A DNA stretch of 64,000 nt from assembly GCF_031769215.1 (NCBI RefSeq), contig NW_026781866.1, positions 62,001 to 126,000 on the forward strand, read 5' to 3'. The notes beneath the pieces were generated by a model. It was not told the DNA's origin and searched no databases. It saw only the letters and a list, made by a program, of their open reading frames with translations. The DNA is from Ylistrum balloti. Lineage: Eukaryota. Positions 27,460 through 40,495 of this stretch are shown here, piece by piece (within the stretch, counting starts at the first letter, position 1; each line of letters begins with the position of its first letter). A program made the translations under genes and the position numbers.

Positions 27460-30400
27460 AAATCTTGGTCAATCCGAGTAAGTGATGTCACGTTCTCACA
27501 TGAGAACAAGGCATACAACAATGAAACGAACAGACAAACTAACAAGTATCGATGTTCATATCGCACAAAGAAACAGACTATTTCATCAATGTGATCATTA
27601 TAACGTACCGTAATGCTTCCTCATGATAAAATGTTACCTCAAAACTGATCGCAATGCCTCAAGCTAATTTCACATTTTTCAATTCCAAATTGCAAAGCCA
27701 TGACGGGATACAAATGATCAGATGATAATATGATTCATTGTTTCCAACGTAAATAATGATTGCATAACCAGGTTTCCGAGCAGTATTCCCATACGACAGC
27801 AAACAATCAAGCATTCATTTGCAATGGGAAAATGTGCTTTATTGTCAGATTTTTCACACAAGTACAGACTATATATTAACACTAAGGTAGTCATGACGTT
27901 ATAATGACTCCATAATCATATGCCTATGACATTGAACTAATCAAAAACTGTTGTTTTAGGTAACATGCTTAGTTCAACTGAATTATCGTTAATATACACC
28001 AGTAATATTCTTAAATAGATAGTTTTTCCTAGATTCGATAGTCTTATAATAGCACCACAAAAGAGAAAGATTGGGTTATTTCTAAATTTCCATCAAGTCG
28101 TTTTCGCTCATTTAATAATTGGAATCACGAAAACACAACCTCATTTTTGGCATATAGTTAAGTATCCGACCCTATGTGCAAAGCTTTGGGTCCCATCGTC
28201 TAGTCAACCGGATTCCATAAAAATGACACTATTTGCATAACGCTCCTTATTGCGATATTGTTACCACTGGATCATCCTTGTCACTATAATATGAAATGTC
28301 TGATATGGGTGTCCAGCTGTAACATTCAGCATTATATTTCATTAGGGCACCTCTATAAAGTCGGCCTCAATTCCGCACTCTGACACCTTAATAATGTGCT
28401 CCTCTGAAAATTTAAAACAAATCCTTTTTTTTCTAATATGATTTATTGAAAGGTTGCATATTAGAAAAAAAAGTTTAAAAGAAAGAAATTAAAATGTTTT
28501 AGCGATGCTTTTTCCAGTAAAAGCGTCAGATTATATATCACATTTTTTGAAATATTATCCTAATTTTCTCTTGAAAAACAGACATCTTTATTGCAACCAT
28601 TTTTAAATTAGGTTACGTCTTTCATTATCAGGCACAGTTATGTCACTTCTATATTAAGAAAAAAACTTATGTGAATATTCTAAATAAAACAGTAGTCCAT
28701 ATACGACATTTTTCACAACATCATAAAAATCACCCGTTTAGAGTCTGAAATTAATTTTATAATGAATTTTGGATTCCTTCCGGTCAATCATCAAAAGAAT
28801 ACATCCTATAATGATAGTAGCTTTTAAAAGGATAATAAGTAATACAAACCATGAACGAAATCGAATCCAAGACATAAACTTATCTGAAAGCTGCCTTTAA
28901 CAAATCACAGTATTTGTTAAAAAGCCTCCATTTTGATACCACTTCATCTGTAGAAACAAGACTTAAAACGAATTGTTTATTGCACTGTTGCATAATTATT
29001 ATTGGAACTTTTGATAAAAAGGTTATTTGCTATAACGTTCGATTCAACTTCTTAATCGGAAGAGCCTTTATACAATGAAGGCCTGGTCTTAATCTATGGT
29101 ATCGAAATTATTGTGATGTCCAGGCATGTTTTTAAGTGTTCAGGAGACCTAAATGAATTAGTGATACCAACGTGTAAATGTTGTGTAAAAGTACTTTTAT
29201 TAGCTAGTAGTAAATGTAATCTTTTGGCTTGAACTTGAATGTTATGCCTATTCTTATCGCCTAACAGTTTGCATTTTTAACTTGAAGGTTTGTCTTTAAT
29301 AAGATGTTGTGATTCGAACGAAACGACTCCGATGAAACATGTTATATCCGGACAAAATTGTTCGGGTCAGTCTTGACGGTGCCATTTGATGCATCATATC
29401 AGTACATGTACATATAAATAGATAAAGACATAAGCTATAGTGTTTTAATTAACACGATCAATGTTCTTGAGATATGATAACATTTAGATTATCAATATGC
29501 ATGTTTTGTGTGTACATTTGAATAGATAAGAGATTAGAACAACTATATATCACCTGACCTTACATAACTTGCCTGGCCTTATCAAGTAACCTTGAACTTG
29601 ATTTCACCCTGCTGACCAGTATGTCGTGAACAACTATACATTATCACTTTCATCAAGCATGACCATATGGATGACCATGAATGTTCCAAAAAAAGCTATG
29701 TTTGGAAGTCAGTTCAATCTAATCGCTGCATATTGATACGTACTTAACAAAAGACACACTATCTGAATGATGACTTATTTCCTACCTGAGCATTATCTCA
29801 TAAGTATTTATTTGACTATGCTATTTCTAACCAAAAAATGACATTTAAATCTTTTTTCAAGGCCGAAGGAACACGTGTTATCTCTTAACGAGATTTATCC
29901 ACTTCAGAAGACTCATCTTAAATAACGATATTCCTTGACCTCAGATGATCCTTGATCGCCACCTAATATCCCACGATATCAATGTCCCGGTAAATGCTTA
30001 CCAGCGAAATGTCAATAAATATGACAGGATGTTTAATGTACGTGTTTGCGATAGTCGAGGCATTGATAATCAATAACAAATATAAGCTTAATATGCCCAT
30101 ATGTATTGAAATATACAGACTGTACACAATCTTGGTTATTATTCCAATTAAAGTTTTATTTTTTTTTTAATTTGCATGCACTCATTGACTCATTAACTAT
30201 TCACAAAAATGAGAACGAGACACTATCGTACTCCTGTTTCCTGTCTTAGTCTGATTTCAACAAAATCAATGAGAAGAACTCTTTGGGAATCCAGAAAATA
30301 ATTTCAGTCCAAATTCAATGTCCTAAATCCATACACAACAGTAGCCCCAGATAAGACAGCTTTCAAACGAAATGAATTCAGGGAGCCAATGGGCCATAAG

Positions 30401-32930
30401 GTGTGCTCAACCGGGAAAATCTGAAGACATCTTGATATCGTTCATCTAGTGCGACATGGAGAATAGATAAATAGGTGTAGAACGAAGAACAATGTTTTGT
30501 CCTGTCTACAAGTAGAATCGTACATAAATGTCATGGGAGTGATTGTATATTCCTTTTAGATGGAAAGATGAGGAATATATAAGACATTAATTTCATCCTA
30601 GCGTGTGCTCTATGTTTCTTTTAACCAAATATCTCTTATTTAGTCGCTACGTTATAATACAATGTATCTCCGTGTATTTTCTAAAGGCGCTCCTCACGCG
30701 CAAGTGGTTTGAGGACGATTTCTGCCTGCGCTTTTTTCTGCCACAGATCTATTGCTAGAGTATTTTTTATTGATTCTACTTTCCAGGCAGCTTTGCGCTA
30801 TATCTTTCGTTTTCAAAGCATACTAAAACTTTGATAATTCTCTTAGTAAGTTAGATAGTATCATTTGGCGTATCGTTGATACCTAGTGATTCAAAGCTCA
30901 GAATTCTTTGTCTTGGTTGGAAATCAGTTCATTTTATATAGGTCAGCTTATTTTCTCCAATGACAGACCTCCGACAATATCCCAATTACATTCGGTTTCT
31001 TTGAGCATCTCCATGTTTTCATCATCATTGCCTGAATTAACATAAGTAACAGAAAGCTCTGAGTCATTATTTCAAATACTGGTGTCAGCATCTATTCGTA
31101 GACCCGCAATCTCCTACTTTGTGTTTACAAAAGCAATTAGAGCACACTTTTGAGATGATTTCAGTCCGACTATTAACATCAGTTACTTTCGTGTAGTTAC
31201 CGGGTGGGAGATACACGTGGTTAATATATCATAAAATCGTGGGATGCTTCTTTCCATAATGATACTTGATTAATATTTTCCAGTTTCAGATTTAATTTGT
31301 CGCGTGAACTGCAATTGTTTACTTGTTCCTGCTTTTCTGAAAGTAAGAATTACTTTACAAATGCTGACTACATCGTGTTTAATGGAACATTCTTTTTTTC
31401 GACCGTGATACCGGCGGATTCGAGTACATTTATTTGGAAACATGATTTCTTATCTCCTTGGAGTTTTTAAGAGTTACTGGAACCAGTACGCTCACAAGGG
31501 ATTTGAGTCAGTGAATAAAAAACTCTCTGTTTTATCCTCAAACGTGTTCTGCTCCAGGAGAGATTTTTCTTCGGGAAATCTCGGTAGTGTTAGCTAACGG
31601 AGTTTGTGTGACGACATACTTATAAATCGTGTTGATATGGTAAATATATTTTAGGCTTTTCACTAAGACACAAGGCTCAATTCCTGCAATAAGAAAATGC
31701 GAACACCTCAGCATAATCATCATCCAAACGCAAATTAAATTTTTGTTTGAAGTCATCGCCGATACGAAACAAATATAGTTATAGTAATTAAGCCTTAGGC
31801 CTACCATTTATAAAGACTCTGGTGTGTCTCTGCCGGGAGCAACATCACTAAACTACCAGGGGCGAAAGTTCAACTGAAGACTAAAAGTGAGGCAGTGTAT
31901 AGTCATGGAAGATGTATGGAAATATTTGAAAATGTAAAGACCCGAATTTAGTCGCCAATTTATTTAAGTAAATTCAGGATCTACATTTCTGAAATCACAG
32001 CAACTTGTCATTCCCATAGGCAGAAAGGAAATCATAAAATGTTCTAAATATTATTATATTAATTACCGGCTATACAAGTCTAGTGCTTGATCACTTCCGG
32101 AATCTCAAACGACAGAGGAGAATCTAGTTGGTTACCGAATATAGCGCTTGCTGTATTTATCTAAACTTGAGAATTTGTCCTCCAGCAGAACGAAAACCGT
32201 TTATTAGAAATCATCCACCCGTCGTCAGTCAAGAACTACATGATCCTGTGAATGTTAATGTCAACTTTTATAGTCTCTGATGACGGAATTTATTGATCTC
32301 TTTGTTTTTAGGTCGAGTACTATATAGGAACAGTGGAATGGTTCACTGTTCAGAAGTCTTTACATGTGTTGCATTTACCTCTCCATCCACCTGGCCGTTG
32401 TGGATCAGTTTGAATTGAATCGTTTAGTTGATAGGTATAATTGTTTACAGAGAAAGTCTTGAGAATGGTATATGTTATTTACAATTATTTCAATAGTTAC
32501 TGTTTGAAAAATAGAACGAAAAATAAATACATTCTGATGAAAACTTACCAATTTATTTATTTTTTATGTTTTGTCCTATTCCCCCTTCATTCTATATCCT
32601 GTAAATAGCAAAACATATCTGTTCATGTCAAATTGAGCATAATGATAATATTTTGATCATATATTGTTGTGTATGAATGAATATGACATACATGTACTTT
32701 ATGCGCTCTTATTCCGATAAACACCACGTACTCGAAACAAAATAATTATATATTCCTGCTAACAGAGAATTTATCATTGTATGTTGTCATTGCTGTACAA
32801 ACGTATATAAAGAAAACAACAAATAAAATGGGATTCGACAAATGAGTTTTTTAGTGTCTTCTCTGAATGTTTTGTACTTTTAGATTTCAGGATTTCAATA
32901 CGCATAATCCAACAGCAATAGATAGTTAGC

Positions 32931-33470
32931 ATTATCATTACATTCTTAACGGCCCGTCAACTCATAAAAGTTCATTAGGGCCATCAAACAGTAAAACACA
33001 CAGTGATCCAAAAAGGAAATAACATTAAACAAATAAAAAGGTAAAAGACAAATTTTTAAAATCTTAAATGTTATGTTAACACAAAAGATTAAAATGCTAC
33101 GTCATAGTCTATTATATAGACCAACATCTTCCAGGTAATGTAGAAATTTACAAATCACACGTTTCAGAAAGGAATTTTAGACATGTAATGTTACGATAAA
33201 AGCGTTCTCGAGTAGACAGATGGTTACTGCAGTCCAATAAAAATGTTTAACGGTGAATGGCTCATCACATCCTATGCACCAAGGATTATCTTCGCCTTTC
33301 AACATATATGAATGTGTAAGGTATGACCCATACAAATACGGGCAAGGACAACTTCTTCTCGGTGGTTGTCTCTATAGCCTGGAGATCATTCACTGATAAC
33401 AGGTTAAACGGAGTGCAATTTGTTATTGGTATAGGTATTCCAATCCTCCTTCCACTGACAATGGCAATGA
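32931..33470 (-). mobile_element. 5'-truncated 3' end of the same I-group LINE family (intergenic)
   Basis: Long recognisable match to 51575-52085 (CATTCTTAACGGCCCGTCAA...GGAGTGCAATTTGTTATTGGT). Encodes the remnant CIGCDEPFTVKHFLLDC zinc motif and a degenerate TAA tail. Confidence 0.9.
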
Positions 33471-36400
33471 AGATTATTTTATTAATTGTAGAAATTTTAT
33501 TCACAATTGTAGAATCTTTTTATATAGAAACCGCACCACAGTTGTGTTGTTAAATATGTTTATTAATTGGGTTCAGTTGACAAATTCTTATGAACCCTAA
33601 TATCATTTACCTATATGTCATTCTTATAGTCTTTCATACACCGACACATCAAAATGTTAACTTCATATGTGACTGTGACCAACAAAGAAATTTACATAAA
33701 ATTAGTCAAGAAGGTAATCTTAACTATTACAACAGAATGTTCAAGAAGAATGTTATGAATAAAATAATTCAAAGTACATAAGACATCAGCAGTAAACGAC
33801 CAGATGAAATACTTTTCTTTTCAAATATGCTTGATTGATATAATTTGCAGTCATAAATTTAAACCAAAACAACGTTACAGATATACAAAGTGTACTAAAA
33901 GATAGTACTAAACATATATTCATAAAAACCTTACAAGTGTTATATGATTCCTCTATGACAACAAATCATAAAAAACCCTTCATTCATGCGTCTGTTTGGA
34001 TGGCTCCACCAATAGAAGGCTCTTGTACAGAAGACCTTTACAAGATTCCATTATAAGAGGTAAGAGTTCTTGCAAAGTTGCCATCCACGTGATGGAGAGG
34101 CCTTTATCGTCCTGTCTCACAGGCAGACCTGTAGGAAGGTTGTTTCCCCTATTAAATAGTCTCGCCTTCACGTTCCTCTCCAGCAACTGCTGGCCTTGCA
34201 TTCACCATCACCTAAATGAATAGTTAACTTTATATTGCAGCTATGAATAGTAGTGGGAAAATATGCGCATTTGATGTCTTAGACAATTCAAATGAAATGA
34301 CGTTCATCAAATGTGCTAGTTTAAATAGTTAAATAGTTTTGATGTGTACATGATATATGGATAGTTTTTTTCCTTGAAGTTCTACTTTATATACTGATTT
34401 GAAAGTAGCTAAGCCAACATTCCATGGTTATGTACAGATCAGTTCGCTTGTGTATTACCTTCAGGTTTCTAAGGATCATTCTGTTAGTATACTGTCACAT
34501 TTGACTTGATATGAACCATACACATATTTCTGACTTGAATGGAATGCTTTAACATTATGTCATTTGAATCTGGACACTTGGAAACAAATATATGTGATTA
34601 TATGAGGTATGAATGCAGTTGACATGCATATTTATTTGATTTCAACTGATTGTCACTGTAAACATTTTTATCATATTTCTATAATTCGCGGTTTGAGATG
34701 AAACTTGTCTTCGACAACACTGAATTAAAAAATACAACTCTGGAAACCATGATATGTAACTCGAATAAGATATTTTTGTAGTGATCATTATCTACCTTTA
34801 GGAAGCTTTGTGACTGATTTAACATTATTATGAAATTTTGTGTTATTTCCACGTATTGGTACAGAACTAGAATATAAATTCATAATCAAACTGTAACCTT
34901 TTATGGTTCACATTTCATTGCGCTGCTGATCAAGCATTCACTACACAAATGTTTATTATTATTAACATACAATGTTGCTCTCTCATCCAACCAGTCATAT
35001 CACTTTATAATGTCGCAGTTTCTGTTCATTTTAATTCTATACACACATTTGTATGCTTTGTTATTTATTGTGGTCCAATTTTTATTTGACCGAGTTGTGT
35101 TAAATATATGATAGATATACAACTGAGAACCACACAAATATAACGGTTACAGTACATGGGAGTTAACTCTATTCTTAGGTATGGTGAACTCTCCAGGAAG
35201 GAGATTAAAAACGTTATGAATATATCTGCTGAAAACACGTGCTATTTATTTTCATTGCCAACCCTCGGAACACCCTAACAGAAATGTTGATTTTCAGTCC
35301 ACCCGTAGTAAGTTCGCCTGGCCGAACGGTAAAAATTATGCTGTGGTGCTGTGTCCGACATGTTCAAGCCGTATGACGTCAATATTATACTTAAATTCGT
35401 ATACTGATCTTAAAACAAAATATGGTAATATGATACGCACGGTCTGATTTTATGAATAAACTTCAACCAGTCTTCACAGAACTGAGTAATGCAGACCCAT
35501 TGTCCCTTTTCCGGTTATTTTGTATATGCTTTCTTGGTGCTAAAATCTAGCATCTTCTAAATCATCTAGAATAACAGTAAAACTCAGTTGAAAAATAGAC
35601 ATATTACTGAACATCAAAGTCTGTGTTTTTCTATGCAAGTCCTGTCAGTAAAGACAGATTTGTATTGTGCAGATAAAACTATATGGATGTCAAGATATAT
35701 TGTTATGTATTGTTTATGCATCAAATATGGAATGATTACTTTTGAATTTGAATTGATAAATATCGAAAGAAAACAAATGGATTTGAAGAAAACACGTTGT
35801 GCGGTTCTGGCGTGGACGATATCGACTTAGAACTGACATAACGATATATAAGAGTATAACTTAGTATACTTCCTAATTAAGTCATCAATATATAGGTTGT
35901 ACACCTGTAAATCAATCAGATACAGACAGAAAAGTTATGTACACTCGTAATTAAAGTATTTTGTTTATAGATTTCCACACTTGATCTGTTTTAGTATACG
36001 GACACACATTATATCTACACATATATAAACATTAAATGTGCGTCTCTTTTTGTCTCTGGAATGAATAATCTAAAATCTCATACAAAAAAGAGAAATTTCG
36101 TTTTCATAACCTCTGTATTTCATTGTTTACTGTTTTGTAAGCAAAACATGTGTAATCAGTGTTGTGTTTGTTACAGGAGAGACATAGCCGGTACGGACCG
36201 GACCTGTCATAGATATATTAATATCATATACAGGTAAATTTTATTGCCCTTGGCAAAACCACTGTGCGACTATATACAATAAGACTAATTAATGCAATGC
36301 AAGTATTATTTCGATAACTGTCGAATTGAAAATAACTTTTATAATCACCGTTTAATTTTAATATTCCTGTGATCGCTATTTAGTCATAAGTACTATTTTC

Positions 36401-39115
36401 ATCGCCGGTGACCTTTAATTTTCAATCCTTTATGTAAGCCAACCAACGCTTACAAAATGAACAGCCTCAAACCTGTCACGCAAGGTTAAATTTTAAGAGC
36501 GGTTTCTTTAATAGAAATAGGCACTTGTTGGCCATTTCAGTCTCAAATTCAAACCATCGATTAATCATTTCCCTTCTTTGATAAACTCTCAAAAACGTGA
36601 AGGCATACAGATATAGACCATGTGGAAATTGCGTTTGATTTCCTTGAACAATCAACCATGTACGCCTCAAGGCAATGTTTCAAAATTACATTTATGACTC
36701 AAATTTATCCCTCTAGCACTTTCAATACAATAGTAGTAACAATCATTCTAGGAAATAGACGCCAGCATTTGAACACATTTTTTATCTGACCAGCGACTCT
36801 CTTAGACGGCCGTAATAAGGGACCTGGGAGACCAGTATCGAAATAAAACCCTCCCAAATTCCATTACACAAAACAATGCGCATTAAAAATATATTCAAGG
36901 GCCAAAGACGATGGAATATTAACTATCTAAAGTGGACAGGAGAGACGTAACTTAAACAACTTAAGAGTTGTGGGTTGTGTAATTGCAGTGAATATATGAT
37001 TCCTATCTAATATCTAATAACCTAAACATATTTGACAAGCATATTGCATAGGAATTATATGTATAATATAATATATCTGATGTTTGTAACACCACCTGAA
37101 TCTCTCGTGACAATGTTTTATCGTTTGATCAAAATAGCAGAGTTCAATGGTTTTCCGACGATAGTAAATCACTTGAATCTGTGTATAAACAAACAAAATA
37201 GACCATATTCTAATTCTAAGAAATATCCTAATCAAACCATAACGAGATCATTTAAGTATAATTTGGTAAAAAAAATGGAGATCTAATTATGTTTTTGATC
37301 TATTGAAATACCGAAATAAACCGAGGAACTAAGTTTACTTTTATTTACATATTTCAGATCGAACTTAAGAATTGTGTTACGTTACTACATAACACAAGAG
37401 TATACCTTATACATTCATATTTATATGGTATTGGTCATGGTTCATCACAGTCGTAATAAAACGTATGTGGTTATTAATCCGAGAATGAAAAATGACAAGC
37501 GCGATTCATTATTTGTCTATACTAATATATCTAATACTGTGTTTTGCATTGAGAGGTAAGACTTGTTTGTCTTTGTTATGTTCAATGAATTGTGTTTTCA
37601 TCACCTAACTTATTTTCTAGCAATTTTTCATAGCAATCTTTGAACCTCAAACTTAAATCATTTGACGTATCTTTTACCTGCACATTGTTATGGAAAAGGG
37701 GAAAATAATAATATGATACTTAAAGCTCAGAATAAAGCATATCATGTCAATATTAATGAATTGTTTTATAAGGAATAATTGCATACCGTTTACAGGTGTG
37801 AACAACATTTTTCAATGATAGTTATATAGTATCATGACAAGCCTAATGGCGTCTGATAACACTCCACACGTTTTAATGGCAAAACTAATATCTTGGAGCA
37901 ACTTTAGATAAGTCTCATGTATGTAATGTAATGTAAAGAAACAACCTTTTAACATTTTGACGAGTGGTCAAATTGAGCATGTAATCCACTACGTTGTTGC
38001 AAAAGGTTTATATCGCAATAATAAACCCCGCGGTTGTACTTGAAAATGGGCTTCGTCAAAATTAACTTAATCCAATCACACACCGTGATATATGTGAGCG
38101 GAATATAGGTAGAATGAAACATATCAATCTTTAGATCAACTAAATAATTATTTATGTCAGTATTGCATCATATTGAATTATGCATGCAAAAGGCAATGAC
38201 AGGGCACGGTAAACAAAAGGGAGACCGTCATCGAAACTGCTAGACGTATACATATATGTGTATATTGTATGGTGACAAATATGCTGCCAGGATGTAGATG
38301 CACTGTGTATACAAAGAAAATATCACTTCGTTCGAACCCCCTTTCACCACTCGTTGGACTTCAACGCCGCATATATACTGGCTATGCTATCCTTCACGAC
38401 CAGATTTTCTTTTGTTGTGTAGACGAGTAAAAAATATCTTTAAACAGATATTTGAAACATATATTTTAGCAAATTTTACTTTTCATAATTTTGTCAATTT
38501 ACATCGTATTGCTATTATTCTTTTAGACACATTTCCATGTTATTCCATTGTCTTAAAAGTGCTAAGCGTTACGTTCTCGCACACTTCATCAATGTATATA
38601 AAATTAATTACAACTATGCTGATACCGACCATATATCACAGACCAGATACAACCGAACCTCGCTATCTCGAACTTATATAACTCGAAGTGATCTTTCAAA
38701 TGGAAAAAAGTGGCAAGTGGGTAATTTCATCTTATCAGACTGTGTTGAAAGGACAGTGTAAAATGAATGCATATAATGAAAAAAACTAAGGATTTTTTTC
38801 ATAATCGCAAACTACTTTATGTTTGATACAGAAAGTAGGAAACCTTTACTTTATTGTGAATTAACGGTAGTTTTGATGCTTTGATTTATAGGTACACCAT
38901 AATATTTTCATTACTTCGCGAGATGTGAGAGAAGTGAATCAAACACCTACCAATTAAGTTTTGTAACACTATGAGTTCAATCGTCCATGGTTATCATAAT
39001 TTGATTTATCATAATTAATTTTAAACGTTTGAACTGATTGCAATAATACTGAATTCGAACAAGCCTGTACACCTTTACTGACCGAGTTGAACTTTTACGG
39101 TTATCAATGTTATTG

Positions 39116-39176
39116 CCGGAAGCCAATTACGCCATTGGTTGGATGCTTAATTGACGAACCGTCGTACGCTATATAT
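39116..39176 (+). promoter_or_regulatory. Candidate proximal promoter of gene B (CCGGAAG, CCAAT, inverted CCAAT, TATATA)
   Basis: CCGGAAG 39116-39122, CCAAT 39123-39127, ATTGG 39134-39138 and TATATAT 39170-39176, ~175 nt upstream of the ATG. Competing evidence: strong splice acceptors at 39258-59 and 39292-93. Confidence 0.3.
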
Positions 39177-39348
39177 GCCTTAATGAAGGTGCAAATAGTT
39201 CACATTTGAAAATGTTGTTGCTTTCTCATTCTAGTTTTGTGCCTTTATTTTCTCTTCAGAAAGTTCGATAAGGAAGTCAGCTTTCCATTTCAGGAGTAAA
39301 TCAGTGAAATTCGAATTGAAATTTTGGAATTTTTCTTTTTACGGTATC

Positions 39349-40495
39349 ATGGAATACACTCCTCAATATGTCCTTGCCTTTATGATTTCGCTTGGTATAT
39401 TTTCAACAACGGCACAGAATTCTGTTTCAACCATTACCAGCCAGAACTTAACCAACTCGGAAAAAGCTACCTTCTTAGCAGATTATTTCCTGCAGCATGA
39501 GCTAGAATCTCACTATGTGTACGAGTCTGTTATGGCTTCTAGAGATATGATGAATCAAATTTCGTCCGGAAACACATCGGCATCCCAAGAACTCCTGGAT
39601 GCCATAAAATCGTATGTTCTTACATCTCTACCAGGTTTCCTCAGAAACCCGATTGTTCAGGGTATATTTGAAGTCATTGCCGATGAGTTGGGAATAGCAT
39701 TGCAAAACACCGATCTTAACATCATTTCATCTCAATTATTCTCTGATGAGGATATACAAAAATTATGCTCCGAATTCAACTATGTAAGAACACTGACGCG
39801 AAGTATCACAATCGCCAAGCCTCTTATTGAAAGGTATCGACAAGAAAATGATTCTACTGTCTTCATCATACTACTGAACAAGGCAATCGAGATGGCCGCT
39901 TACACGATTTCTACTCCAACATTTCAAACTGTCATGGAAATTGTGGTAGATGAACTTAGCCAAGGATTTCTTAAATCTGGTCTTCCAGAACGTATAGATG
40001 AAGAAGGAACCGGGTTTCTGAATGACGAAAAGAACACGTTATCTATTGTCAAAACTATAATAGAGAGTTCGAATATGGAGAGGCTAATGACGAGGTCTTA
40101 CATTGCTAGTAAACCAGTCCTCGATTTACTTTACAAAGGGGATACGCTATTTCTTTTCGCCACATTCATGACCGCTACTGGAGCTTCACAAAATCCAGCG
40201 TATAACTATATGTTCGAAGTATTTGAAACAGATTTTATAAAGACATACAACAAACATGTCAATTCTGCTGGAGATGTTTCCTCACTGATCAATGATCCAC
40301 TTAATAGCTATATAAATGTTATAGAAAAGATGAATGTTCTCGGTACATTTTCACCAATGTTTCGGGCTGCAAGTGCGCGTAATCTATTGCCTTACAATAG
40401 TTCGGCCGAGGAAGACAAGATCAGTGATATTTGTTACGAGGATACCATTCATTTCTTGGATGAAGCAAAAAATGAGAAGGCATGGGCATTGAAAA
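39349..40495 (+). CDS. Gene B first coding exon: signal peptide + ~330-aa uncharacterised repeat domain + first helix/Cys of the NRF domain
   Basis: 403-aa ORF in the track; true ATG probably at 39349 (MEYTPQYVLAFMISLGIFSTTAQ). Aligns without gaps to gene A exon 1 over the first ~280 residues; donor AAA A|GTAAGT at 40495/40496. Confidence 0.9.

Noticed and set aside
33980-34223. Overlapping 73-75 aa ORFs in a GC-richer patch
   Set aside because: No in-frame splice acceptor, no recognisable motif; at most a TE scrap.
39304-39348. Upstream GTG start giving a 403-aa ORF
   Set aside because: The ATG at 39349 gives a proper signal peptide and exact register with gene A's ATG.
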